Virus record (IMG/VR): IMGVR_UViG_3300003154_000789
Span: 1-61,330 of that record
Length of the DNA: 61,330 nt
Origin: a virus
Strand: one strand, 5' to 3'
In this document: in pieces, positions 30,616-39,405 of the stretch
Numbering within the stretch: the stretch's first letter is position 1
Layout of the letters: the number at the start of each line of letters is the position of its first letter
Program-made: the position numbers and the translations under genes
The notes under the pieces: model-generated
The model's input: only the letters and a program-made list of their open reading frames with translations
Database searches by the model: none
What the model was told of the DNA's origin: nothing

Positions 30616-30689
30616 TCCTCGGTAGTGAAAAGGCATCACGATTGGCTGTTAACCAATTATTCCTGGTTCGACCCCAGGTCGAGGAGCCA
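30616..30689 (+). tRNA. tRNA-Asn(GTT)
   Basis: TCCTCGG/TCGAGGA, ATTGG-CTGTTAA-CCAAT, CCA. Confidence 0.92.
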
Positions 30690-30719
30690 ATATAAACTTT
30701 TTAATAAGGAGAAATAATC

Positions 30720-30932
30720 TTGAGCGAATTATACACTCATATTAAAACTGGAAATTTGTATGAAGTAGTAGAACGTAATATCATAAACGCTACTAATGGA
30801 GCGAATGACCAGATCATGATAATGTATAGAAGAAAAGGAGATGTAACTGGCTGGAAAACATTTGTAAGAGAAGAAAGAGAATTTCTTGAAAAATTTAGGG
30901 CGGTACATAATAAACGACATGAAAGATTATAA
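30720..30932 (+). CDS. DUF1653-like small protein
   Basis: YTHIKTGNLYEV...FVRE..EF. Confidence 0.55.
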   Translation: MSELYTHIKTGNLYEVVERNIINATNGANDQIMIMYRRKGDVTGWKTFVREEREFLEKFRAVHNKRHERL

Positions 30933-30972
30933 ACAGAAACATAAATAACGGGCCGCTTTGGCCCGCATAGTC

Positions 30973-31043
30973 GGGCCACAAGCTTTAAGGTGAAGCATCG
31001 GGCCTTTAACCCGAAGAACACGGATCATTACCATGGTGGCCCA
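30973..31043 (+). tRNA. tRNA-Lys(TTT)
   Basis: GGGCCAC/GTGGCCC, TCGGG-CCTTTAA-CCCGA, atypical T arm. Confidence 0.8.
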
Positions 31044-31066
31044 CAAAAAGGAAAAGGAGAACGCAT

Positions 31067-31255
31067 ATGAAAAGACCTAATGTAAAAGATTATAATTTAT
31101 GGGATGGAATGGATTGTACAAGATACATTCATGCTATACATTCATATTGTGATTATCTTGAAAAACAAGTTGATATTTTGAATGCTCTAGAAGCAGGCGG
31201 TGTAGATAATTGGGAAGGATATGATGATGCTATGTCAGCTTTTGATAATGAATAG
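31067..31255 (+). CDS. hypothetical phage protein
   Basis: ALEAGGVDNWEGY motif, AAGGAG RBS. Confidence 0.6.
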   Translation: MKRPNVKDYNLWDGMDCTRYIHAIHSYCDYLEKQVDILNALEAGGVDNWEGYDDAMSAFDNE

Positions 31256-31264
31256 GTAGATTAA

Positions 31265-31651
31265 ATGGAAACGAAACAAGTAATAGTAGTACGTAAGGAT
31301 TTAAAGATGGGTTGGGGAAAAATGGGTGCTCAGATTGCACATGCTGCTATGGCCGCCGCATTTACTAATTACCTTACGGATAATGGAGATTTAGTTTGGA
31401 ATTATATACCACCAAAAGAGATTAGAGAATGGCTTAGAGACGCCTTCACTAAAATTTGTGTGTGGGCTAAAGATGAAGAAGAACTACTTGATATTTATAT
31501 GAAGGCACGTCAAGCAGATCTTCCTTGTTCTCTAATAAAAGATAATGGAAGGACAGTGTTTAAAGGAGTACCAACTTTTACTACTGTGGGGGTTGGTCCT
31601 GGAGGAATTTCGGAAATAAATAAAATCACTGGACATTTACCATTGATATGA
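31265..31651 (+). CDS. pth2: Peptidyl-tRNA hydrolase, Pth2 family
   Basis: KQVIVVRKDLKM, GKMGAQIAHA, KIC, IKDNGRT, GVGP, ITGHLPL. Confidence 0.9.
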   Translation: METKQVIVVRKDLKMGWGKMGAQIAHAAMAAAFTNYLTDNGDLVWNYIPPKEIREWLRDAFTKICVWAKDEEELLDIYMKARQADLPCSLIKDNGRTVFKGVPTFTTVGVGPGGISEINKITGHLPLI

Positions 31652-31657
31652 TTAAAT

Positions 31658-31731
31658 TGGGGTGTAGCTCAGATGGATAGAGCACCGGTCTTTGAAATCG
31701 GGTGTCGTTGGTTCAAGTCCAACCATCCCAG
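31658..31731 (+). tRNA. tRNA-Gln(TTG)
   Basis: TGGGGTG/CATCCCA, CCGGT-CTTTGAA-ATCGG. Confidence 0.9.
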
Positions 31732-31804
31732 CAACATAAACTAACCTCTATTATGGTAGAGCACTAGATTTTTACACAAGTGTAATACCATATTGGAGGA
31801 TAAA

Positions 31805-32518
31805 ATGAATAATAAAAGATCTTGGACAATTGATGATTTAGGAGAGGCAGTAAAAGTAAGTGACAGCTTTGCAGAAGTGCTAAGGTTATTAGGGTTGAGA
31901 ACTGCTGGTGGAAATTTCGGAAACGTTAAAAAACATATAAAATTAAATAATATAAGTACAGAACATTTTACAAGGAAAAGGGTATTAGAAGCATTAAAAC
32001 CATTCAAAGCTATACATCTATCGGAAATACTAATTGAGAATAGTACATATAAGAATAACCAAAGATTAAAAATAAAACTTATAGAAGCAGGTATTTTAGA
32101 AGACGTTTGTTGTAAATGTGGTCAGGAGCCTGTATGGAATAACGTCCCATTAGTATTACAGTTGGATCACAAAAATGGAACTCATAATGATAATAGAATA
32201 GAAAATTTGAGAATTCTATGTCCTAATTGTCACACACAGACAGATAGTTTTTGTGGTAAAAATGTTAAGAATGTTAAGAATAAACCAGATAAAGATATAT
32301 TTAAAAAATGCCCGATGTGTAAAAATAAACTTATACATAAAAGTTCTAATGTGTGTTCTCCTTGTAGAAATATATTAAATAGGAAGGTCATTAAAAGGCC
32401 AACAAGATCTGAATTAGCAGAGTTGATTTCTAATAATACTTGGGCGGCTGTTGGTAGAATGTTTGGTGTGGCTGATAATACCATAAGAAAGTGGGCCAAA
32501 CGGTATAATTTATTGTGA
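31805..32518 (+). CDS. HNH homing endonuclease with C-terminal HTH
   Basis: LQLDHKNG..DNRIENLRILCPNCHTQT; VGRMFGVADNTIRKW. Confidence 0.88.
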   Translation: MNNKRSWTIDDLGEAVKVSDSFAEVLRLLGLRTAGGNFGNVKKHIKLNNISTEHFTRKRVLEALKPFKAIHLSEILIENSTYKNNQRLKIKLIEAGILEDVCCKCGQEPVWNNVPLVLQLDHKNGTHNDNRIENLRILCPNCHTQTDSFCGKNVKNVKNKPDKDIFKKCPMCKNKLIHKSSNVCSPCRNILNRKVIKRPTRSELAELISNNTWAAVGRMFGVADNTIRKWAKRYNLL

Positions 32519-32539
32519 TAAATTTTATAGGAGATTATT

Positions 32540-33043
32540 GTGCATACCATAGTTTTGAATGCTGATTATACATACTTGAACACAGTTACGTGGCAACGTG
32601 GTATAAAACTAATCGTCAAAGAGAAAGCTAAAGTATTAAAGGAGGCCGACCAGCAGATAACAAACTCTGAAAATACTCATAGCTTTAAAATTCCTCTGGT
32701 ATTGAAGCTGATAGAGATGGTTAACACTGTATATAGAAACAAGGTTCCATTCTCTAAAAAGAATATCTTTATACGAGATAATTATACTTGTGTATATTGT
32801 GGCATTAAAGAAAATTTAAGTATCGATCATGTTATACCATGTTCAAGAGGTGGCAAAACTAATTTCGAAAACTGTGTTACTAGTTGTGTAAAATGTAACA
32901 TAGCTAAAGGAAGTAAGATGCCTGAAGAAACAGGTATGCGATTAAAGAAACGTCCTCATGAGCCTACTATTGTAGAATTTTTAACTTATAAAATGAGGCA
33001 TACTGGTGTATATGAATTTCTAAAAGATTTGAGAATTTACTAG
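32540..33043 (+). CDS. HNH endonuclease (McrA/HNH_5-like)
   Basis: LNADY, RDNYTCVYCG, IDHVIP.SRGG, NCVTSC..CN. Confidence 0.88.
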   Translation: MHTIVLNADYTYLNTVTWQRGIKLIVKEKAKVLKEADQQITNSENTHSFKIPLVLKLIEMVNTVYRNKVPFSKKNIFIRDNYTCVYCGIKENLSIDHVIPCSRGGKTNFENCVTSCVKCNIAKGSKMPEETGMRLKKRPHEPTIVEFLTYKMRHTGVYEFLKDLRIY

Positions 33044-33113
33044 CGGGTATCGTCTAATGGTAGGGCCTTAGCCTTCCAAGCTATTGATGGGAGTTCGATT
33101 CTCCCTACCCGCT
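33043..33113 (+). tRNA. tRNA-Gly(TCC)
   Basis: GCGGGTA/TACCCGC, loop CTTCCAA, U73. Confidence 0.92.
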
Positions 33114-33131
33114 CAACAAAGGAGAAGGAAG

Positions 33132-33443
33132 ATGAAAGACATTAAATATATGACAGCAGAAGATTTTAGAAAATTAGGTTTCTTGCAAGAAGCCAATAGA
33201 AAATTCTTCCATCCTCTTGGTCTTGCTCTTGAAGTTATTACTAATAAGAATGGAGATGAAGAACTGGGAGGCATTTGGGATTATCGTAAGGACCCAGAAG
33301 GAAATTTCTTTGGTAATGGTATGATTAAACAAGATAAGATTGATTTTGTAGAAAATCTTCGTCAATCAAAGATAGAAAATCGTATTGCTCTTCAAGATGA
33401 ATACAATATTAAGGTAGATGACGAAGGGATACAGGTTATATGA
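33132..33443 (+). CDS. hypothetical phage protein
   Basis: LQEANRKFFHPLGLAL, IWDYR.DPEG; GGAG RBS. Confidence 0.65.
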   Translation: MKDIKYMTAEDFRKLGFLQEANRKFFHPLGLALEVITNKNGDEELGGIWDYRKDPEGNFFGNGMIKQDKIDFVENLRQSKIENRIALQDEYNIKVDDEGIQVI

Positions 33444-33447
33444 ATAT

Positions 33448-33537
33448 GGTGGAGGTGGTGGAACTGGTAGACACGCTAGGCTGTGGCCCTAGTGTCCTTA
33501 ATAAGACGTGCGGGATCATATCCCGTCCTTCACCCCA
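33448..33537 (+). tRNA. tRNA-His(GTG) with long variable arm
   Basis: G-1:C73, GTGGAGG/CCTTCAC, CTAGG-CTGTGGC-CCTAG, CCA. Confidence 0.85.
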
Positions 33538-33558
33538 TATTTCAAAGGAGGAAACTAT

Positions 33559-33726
33559 ATGCTAAAAATTGATATGAATGCGATGGCAAATCGTGTAGCT
33601 GTAGGAGAGGGTGGTAGAGTAGAGGTAAATATTGCTCAAATTAAAGAGGTGCTTAAAGTATTTCTTGAAGAGCTATCTAAATATGAAGACGAAGAAATTT
33701 TAGAAGTTGTTAAACGACACAAATAG
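33559..33726 (+). CDS. small hypothetical protein
   Basis: AGGAGG RBS. Confidence 0.55.
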   Translation: MLKIDMNAMANRVAVGEGGRVEVNIAQIKEVLKVFLEELSKYEDEEILEVVKRHK

Positions 33727-33805
33727 GAGACATAATAATGTACAGAATAGTTTTATCATGTGGAGGTCTTGCCAAGTAAGGTCCCTTTAAAGGAGGTGAT
33801 ATTAC

Positions 33806-33991
33806 TTGGAAATCAAGACCCATAAATCTGGAAAGAAACACCGTAAATACGGTAGGTCTTCCAGAAGGCCATCGCACCATCGTTACAATTTAGAACAACG
33901 ATGGATTAAAAACAAAGCCCGTCGTATCAAGAAACATAATAAAGCAGTACTTAAAAAACTTGCCAAAAAACTTGCTCGTATGGGCATATAA
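33806..33991 (+). CDS. small highly basic protein
   Basis: AGGAGGTG RBS, TTG start, K/R-rich. Confidence 0.55.
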   Translation: MEIKTHKSGKKHRKYGRSSRRPSHHRYNLEQRWIKNKARRIKKHNKAVLKKLAKKLARMGI

Positions 33992-33998
33992 CTTTAAC

Positions 33999-34024
33999 AG
34001 GGCCTTTCGGGGCCCTAAAATTTC
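33999..34024 (+). terminator. Putative intrinsic terminator
   Basis: AGGGCC-TTTCGG-GGCCCT hairpin, weak U tract. Confidence 0.4.
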
Positions 34025-34027
34025 TAC

Positions 34028-34055
34028 TTGACAAATAGATAATGTGTATTATATT
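34028..34055 (+). promoter_or_regulatory. sigma70-type promoter
   Basis: TTGACA-16-TATATT before tRNA-Glu. Confidence 0.7.
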
Positions 34056-34067
34056 ATATATACAAAC

Positions 34068-34141
34068 GCTCCAATAGACGAAAAGGATAAGTCATCAGGC
34101 CTTCAACCTGAAGAGTGCCAGATCGTACCTGGCTTGGAGCA
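34068..34141 (+). tRNA. tRNA-Glu(TTC)
   Basis: GCTCCAA/TTGGAGC, TCAGG-CCTTCAA-CCTGA. Confidence 0.85.
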
Positions 34142-34153
34142 CAAATATTGGAT

Positions 34154-34240
34154 AGGATGTATATGGGCATCCTTCCTTGATGAGAGGACCCATAAAAGCC
34201 TCTTATCAGAACAGGGCTATAGGGATATCACTGTAGTCCT
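34154..34240 (+). ncRNA. Candidate three-hairpin kissing-loop RNA
   Basis: Three hairpins; loops TATGGG and CCCATA are complementary. Confidence 0.45.
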
Positions 34241-34243
34241 ACT

Positions 34244-34316
34244 GGTCTTCTAGCTCATCTGGTAGAGCAACGTACCGATAATGCGTAGGTGCCAAGTTCA
34301 AGTCTTGGGAAGACCA
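34244..34316 (+). tRNA. tRNA-Ile(GAT)
   Basis: GGTCTTC/GAAGACC, ACGTA-CCGATAA-TGCGT. Confidence 0.9.
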
Positions 34317-34358
34317 CAGAGTATAACGTAGTATAACACTTAGAGGAGGACTACTAAT

Positions 34359-34577
34359 ATGAAACTGTATATAGTAAAGCTTTCCGAACAAGTATCTTAC
34401 ATTAAAGTAAGAGATATCGCTAATAGAATAGACTCAGATAGTACGATTACTGTAATAGAACATAGTAAAGTATATGAATTCCAAAGTAAAAAGGTAGCAG
34501 ACACGATAGCCAGAGTGTTCAATGGTGTAGTCGAAGCCATTGAATATAACATCAACAACAATTATATGCAGGTATAG
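34359..34577 (+). CDS. hypothetical protein
   Basis: GAGGAGG RBS. Confidence 0.55.
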   Translation: MKLYIVKLSEQVSYIKVRDIANRIDSDSTITVIEHSKVYEFQSKKVADTIARVFNGVVEAIEYNINNNYMQV

Positions 34578-34729
34578 TATATGGGAAAATGGTTTGTCGG
34601 CCCCAAAACAAAGTGTCCATATTGTGGTGAATACAAAGTTCTATATAGTAGAACGGTAAAAGGAAAACTTATAGGACGCTGTAGTCATTGTGAAAATTGG
34701 CTTTATACAATAGCAAAGGAACTATAAAT

Positions 34730-35716
34730 ATGGAAGTGTATAGAACTAAAGATGGGCTAGTTAGTAAATATGTTCATGACGATGGTTCAGAAACATCTAT
34801 TAAATCTGTGAGTTCATGTGGAAACGTTTTAAATAAGGCTACTGGTAAGATAGAACCAGTAGAGGTAGATAGAAATAAGTTTTCCGTTTTTATTTCTTCG
34901 TCAGTTGGTTGTAATCTTGGATGTAAGTTTTGCTATCTAACAACAAAGAAATATCCATACCATAAACTTTCTATGCATAGGATATTTAATAATGTAAAGG
35001 AAGCACTTACTGCTGAGGTTGCAGAAAAACCACAACTTCGTAAGAAATATATGAAACTTAGTTGGATGGGTATGGGAGATGCTTTTCTATTAAATCCAAT
35101 TGCTTTAAGAGAAGTATCGAATAAGATATTAACCTGGGCAGTAAGAGATAAGGGAGTAGCAGTAGGAGTAGACGGTATTGATATTGCTACAATGCTGCCT
35201 GTGAGCAGACCTGGTTGGCCACATCATCTGGCAGCACTGAATGATGACTGCTTTGGTTATAGGATTAATCCACATAGTAAAGATAGAAGTAATCTGAGAA
35301 TATTTTATTCCTTACATAAATTTAGTGATAGAAAAGATATTATGCCAGCTAGTAGATATAATGATGTGGCAAACGATTTACAACTACTGAATCAATTTAA
35401 ACAATGGTATGGTGTAGATATTATTCTTCATCAGTTATTTTTGGAAGGTGTGAATGACACCGAACAAGACCTAAGACAAATAAAATCAGGGATTGATTGT
35501 TTAATTCCTGATACTGAACTTCGTATATTAAGATTTAATGAATGTAAGGACTCTATATATAAAGAGTCTAGTAGGTTTGATGAGTTAGTTAAAATGTATT
35601 CAGAGGCATTACCTAAAGTTAAGTATCAGATTTCAGCGGGATCAGAAATTAAAGCGGCCTGCGGAATGTTCTTAATGGGAGAGAAACCTAACACCTATGA
35701 ATTTAAGGAATTTTAA
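34730..35716 (+). CDS. RlmN/Cfr-like radical SAM RNA methyltransferase (divergent)
   Basis: ISSSVGCNLGCKFC, MGMGD, YSLH, GVND, IKAACG. Confidence 0.7.
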   Translation: MEVYRTKDGLVSKYVHDDGSETSIKSVSSCGNVLNKATGKIEPVEVDRNKFSVFISSSVGCNLGCKFCYLTTKKYPYHKLSMHRIFNNVKEALTAEVAEKPQLRKKYMKLSWMGMGDAFLLNPIALREVSNKILTWAVRDKGVAVGVDGIDIATMLPVSRPGWPHHLAALNDDCFGYRINPHSKDRSNLRIFYSLHKFSDRKDIMPASRYNDVANDLQLLNQFKQWYGVDIILHQLFLEGVNDTEQDLRQIKSGIDCLIPDTELRILRFNECKDSIYKESSRFDELVKMYSEALPKVKYQISAGSEIKAACGMFLMGEKPNTYEFKEF

Positions 35717-36352
35717 ATGTATATTAGAAGTATATCGTATAACCAGCATCAGATTATTAAATGGATATTACAATTACATTGCGAAGGGGATATAGAACTA
35801 GATCCTACTTATAGTACTGGAGGGTTCTATAAACAAGGGGTAAAGGAACCTAAATATAAATTTGATATATACCCACAAAAGCCCGGTGTAATACAGGCTA
35901 ACGCGGAACATTTACCTATTAAGGATGAGTCTATTAGCACAATGATATTGGATTTCCCTTTTCTAGCCACCAAGGGGCCATCTTTATTGAATAAAAAAGA
36001 AGGACAGAATGAAACAATTAAAAGATTTGGATGTTATCCCACAGAGAAAGAGTTATTTGCTCTTTTTAAAAATTCATTAAAAGAAGCATACAGAGTTTTA
36101 AAGAAGAATGGGGTTTGCATTTTCAAAATTCAAGGGAAGATTAGCTCTTCGAAGCAATATTTAAGTCATCACTACGTTATGAACTACGCCGAACAGGTTG
36201 GGTTTTATATAAAAGATGAATTTGTTCTTTTGGCCAAAAACAGACTCACACCTAAATGGCAAATTGATGGGCAAAGGAATGCCAGGAAATACCATTCTTT
36301 TTTTTTGGTTTTTCAAAAGAAGACTGTAAATTTAGGAATTGAAAAATGCTAA
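35717..36352 (+). CDS. Putative DNA methyltransferase
   Basis: LDPTYSTG, DFPF (DPPF-like), EAYRVLK.NG. Confidence 0.6.
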   Translation: MYIRSISYNQHQIIKWILQLHCEGDIELDPTYSTGGFYKQGVKEPKYKFDIYPQKPGVIQANAEHLPIKDESISTMILDFPFLATKGPSLLNKKEGQNETIKRFGCYPTEKELFALFKNSLKEAYRVLKKNGVCIFKIQGKISSSKQYLSHHYVMNYAEQVGFYIKDEFVLLAKNRLTPKWQIDGQRNARKYHSFFLVFQKKTVNLGIEKC

Positions 36353-37182
36353 TGAAAGTTTGTAAGATATGTGAAATTGAGAAATCAATAAATGATTTCT
36401 ATAAACGAAAAGATAGTGGTAACTGTCGATTGGAATGTAAAATCTGTGCTATTAAACAAAGAAAAGAATGGGCTCTTAAAAATAAAAATAAAGCGAAAGA
36501 AAACAAAAAAGAATGGTATTTAAAGAATATAGAAGTGGTAAAGAAGAAACAAAAAGAGTATCGTATCGAAAATAAAGATACGATAAAAAATAAGCATAAA
36601 GAATATCATAGTACACACATATGTACACAGGACAAAAGATTAAAAAATATAGCAACTATAAAATGGAAAAATTCTTTAGCATCGTATGAAACATATACGT
36701 ATAAATTGAAGTATGCTGACGAGGTCAAAAATAATAATGGGTTGTTGGAGGTTAGATGCACTTATTGTAACAAATGGTTTACACCAACAAACTCACAGAT
36801 ACGAAATAGAATTGGTGCTCTTATAGGTTCAGGAAGAGGAGAACAACGCTTGTATTGTAGTGATGAGTGTAAGAAATCTTGTCCAACTTTTGGTCAAAAG
36901 AAATATGAAAAAGGGATTAGACTTGCAACTTCTAGGGAAGTTCCGGCTGAATTTAGAAAGATAGCTTTAGAGGATAGAAACTATACATGTGAAAAGTGTA
37001 ATTCAATTGAAGATGGTCTCCATGTACATCATATTGAGGGTTATACAGAGCAACCAATGTTCATGGCAGACTTATCTAATGTGATAGTGGTATGTAAAAA
37101 GTGTCATAGTAAAATACATAAGCAGAAAGGTTGTAATTACCAAGATTACCAATGTGCAAATAAAAAAGAAGAGGGTACTTGA
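36346..37182 (+). CDS. HNH endonuclease
   Basis: CKIC..CKIC N-terminus; DRNYTCEKC, HVHHI, NVIVVCKKCH. Confidence 0.85.
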   Translation: MLMKVCKICEIEKSINDFYKRKDSGNCRLECKICAIKQRKEWALKNKNKAKENKKEWYLKNIEVVKKKQKEYRIENKDTIKNKHKEYHSTHICTQDKRLKNIATIKWKNSLASYETYTYKLKYADEVKNNNGLLEVRCTYCNKWFTPTNSQIRNRIGALIGSGRGEQRLYCSDECKKSCPTFGQKKYEKGIRLATSREVPAEFRKIALEDRNYTCEKCNSIEDGLHVHHIEGYTEQPMFMADLSNVIVVCKKCHSKIHKQKGCNYQDYQCANKKEEGT

Positions 37183-37206
37183 CAAATAAGAAAGATGTAT
37201 TATATT
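37179..37206 (+). promoter_or_regulatory. sigma70-type promoter for tmRNA
   Basis: TTGACA-16-TATATT. Confidence 0.7.
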
Positions 37207-37262
37207 AGTATTAACAAGTTATAAATAATAATGTAACTTGTATATAAGTAAGAAACACATTC

Positions 37263-37658
37263 GGGGATGACAGGTTTCGACATGGCGGATGTGACTATAG
37301 GCTCGATGCGTAGACTGTACAATACTACGTTAAAAATTGTATAAAAATAAATAACGAATCTATGTTAAACTATGCTCGTGAACAACTTACCGATGGTATT
37401 AGTGTCGTTAAATCTATGAGCAGATATATGGAAGCTGTCTAATAAACAATTCCATGGGGCTTTGCAGAGGCCTAGCAACAGAATTCTGTAGTTCGTTTTA
37501 AATTTTTAGTTGTGAGTATAAAGTTTCGTAGTTCTTTTTTGCAAAACTACGTGGTGGAAGGCGACGGTTAAAGCCGTTGGCCCCTTGTTGTTAGTATTAT
37601 CATCGTCAACCCTATAGAACCAACGTTGTGGACCCCGGTTCAATTCCGGGCATCTCCA
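37263..37658 (+). ncRNA. ssrA: tmRNA
   Basis: GGGGATG-ACAGGTTTCGAC 5' end, GGAC-CCCGG-TTCAATT-CCGGG-CATCTCC-A 3' end with G3:U; internal tag ORF ending TAATAA. Confidence 0.92.
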
Positions 37659-37671
37659 AGGAGTAGTAAAA

Positions 37672-37742
37672 GGTCTGTTGGTGAAATGGTATCACAGAAG
37701 ACTGTCGATCTTCAATCAGGGGATCAATACCCCTACAGACCG
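37672..37742 (+). tRNA. tRNA-Asp(GTC)
   Basis: GGTCTGT/ACAGACC, GAAGA-CTGTCGA-TCTTC, G73. Confidence 0.85.
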
Positions 37743-37753
37743 CAAGTAAGTAT

Positions 37754-37822
37754 GGGTCACGGACCGGCGTCCAGACGGGCCTCCAAAGCCCATCGTGCGG
37801 GGTTCAACACCTCGGTGACCCG
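37754..37822 (+). tRNA. tRNA-Trp(CCA)
   Basis: GGGTCAC/GTGACCC, GGGC-CTCCAAA-GCCC, short D arm. Confidence 0.75.
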
Positions 37823-37853
37823 CAGGTAGTAAAAATTAAAAGGAGAACTATAA

Positions 37854-38525
37854 ATGAACTTCACAATACTAACCCCTGGTGATTGCCCAGTGATGTATGA
37901 TAAGTCTGATGCCACAGCTTCTAATTTTGGTGGCAGCAGGGCTGTTACAGCTGATATAGTAAAAGAACCACAATTTGATAAGCATTTAGATACAAGTTAT
38001 ATAACAGTTTCTGGCGGGGCAACAGTAAGTGGTGTCATTATTCCAGGTACTGGGTTATATAAAGTTTTTAGCTTTACAGAAGAAAGTTTGCCTGATTACG
38101 CTAAAAATATGTTTATCCAGGAGCGTTATGATACATATAATGCCTTAGTAGCATCTGGCATAGAAAACATGTATATAATACCAGATAGTTTTGATTTTTA
38201 TTTTCCTGGAACAGGTGATTATACCCATCGTTATGGTAACGCCCCATCCATAGAAGAAAATCCAGTAGATACTGCCATCAGAGATATAGATGATATGTCT
38301 AATCTTGAAGAACGTAAGAATGATTTCTCTCAGCAAGAGATAAGAGCAGATGTTCAGAAAGGTAATGAGGGGTTAGGTATTCAGTCTGATCCAGAAAATC
38401 GTCCTCGTATGGATGAAGGAACTGATGCAGTTCAAGTACCGAGTTCAGATTTCCGCGAAGAGATGAAGAAAAATAATAGATGGTCATTTGGTAACTCAGC
38501 ACGTTATGAAGGGGAAATAAGTTAA
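37854..38525 (+). CDS. hypothetical protein
   Basis: AAGGAG RBS. Confidence 0.65.
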   Translation: MNFTILTPGDCPVMYDKSDATASNFGGSRAVTADIVKEPQFDKHLDTSYITVSGGATVSGVIIPGTGLYKVFSFTEESLPDYAKNMFIQERYDTYNALVASGIENMYIIPDSFDFYFPGTGDYTHRYGNAPSIEENPVDTAIRDIDDMSNLEERKNDFSQQEIRADVQKGNEGLGIQSDPENRPRMDEGTDAVQVPSSDFREEMKKNNRWSFGNSARYEGEIS

Positions 38526-38627
38526 TGACGTAGATTTCTGGTTTTACATAGATTAGGGGTCCTCCTTATATTTAGCTTAATTTTATTAATATATAAACAA
38601 TTCAACATAATATAAGGAGAATACAAA

Positions 38628-38930
38628 ATGAGATACACAAAATACCCTATGATGAAAGATGAACTTAAACAATTAGCAAAAGAAATTCGTGAGTGCAAGA
38701 GCGTCCGTAAACAAGATGAAAGAGAAAAATTAAATTTAGAACTGTATCAAGTTCAATATAATATTGATAAACGAAAAGATATATTTAGGCACACACATAT
38801 AGCATACTGCATGCTCAGAGGTAAAACATATGAGCAAATTGAAAATCACTGTAGAGTTCTCCCAAACTTTAACAGGATAAACAAGTTGATGGAAGAGAAT
38901 GAACAAAAAACTATTTGTGCTAGTGCGTAA
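38628..38930 (+). CDS. hypothetical phage protein
   Basis: RHTHIAYCMLRGKTYEQIE. Confidence 0.65.
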   Translation: MRYTKYPMMKDELKQLAKEIRECKSVRKQDEREKLNLELYQVQYNIDKRKDIFRHTHIAYCMLRGKTYEQIENHCRVLPNFNRINKLMEENEQKTICASA

Positions 38931-39195
38931 AAATTTGTCAAGAAGTCAGCAAGCAGTTCAAGCGGGTCACGCAGTAGCAGAATATCTGCTCCGTGGCCCG
39001 TTTACGTTTTGGGAGAACGGAACTCTTGTTTACTTAGAAGTAAAAGATGAGATAGTCCTTAGACAATGGGAGACATAGATTTCTTCCGCGGGCTATAAGA
39101 CAGTACCTTTCTATGAACCAGATAGAAATAATGAGATGACAGCATTTGCTTCAGAAGGTTGCGATGATCTTGTAAGAGAATTAAAATTACTTTAA
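38899..39195 (+). CDS. Pth2-like protein with in-frame TAG at 39076-39078 (readthrough candidate or pseudogene)
   Basis: LFVLVRKNLS..QAVQAGHAVAE before the TAG; FYEPD.NNEMTAFA...LKLL after it, same frame. Confidence 0.7.
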
Positions 39196-39208
39196 GAGGT
39201 GAGGTGTC

Positions 39209-39400
39209 ATGTATGATGAAGAAGACTTAAAGGATTGCATAGACTTAGACTTAGAATGGTTAAAAAAAGAACTTGAGGACTTGACAATAGAGGAAAGATG
39301 TCTTATATTGGATGAGTACATAGAGCGGACACAGAAATATGGTGTAGGTATACTGGAATATAAGGCTTTTGTTGAAGCATTTGATAAATTGGAGGATTAA
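39209..39400 (+). CDS. acidic hypothetical protein
   Basis: GAGGTG RBS. Confidence 0.5.
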   Translation: MYDEEDLKDCIDLDLEWLKKELEDLTIEERCLILDEYIERTQKYGVGILEYKAFVEAFDKLED

Positions 39401-39405
39401 AAGGA

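Noticed and set aside
34178-34215. Hammerhead ribozyme
   Set aside because: Has UUGAUGA rather than CUGAUGA, and no GAAA after stem II.
25899-37829. ORF-track calls running through RNA genes (25899, 27655, 28758, 33084 and 33508 extensions; 34044; 37626)
   Set aside because: They overlap clear tRNA or tmRNA structures; downstream starts were used or the ORF was dropped.
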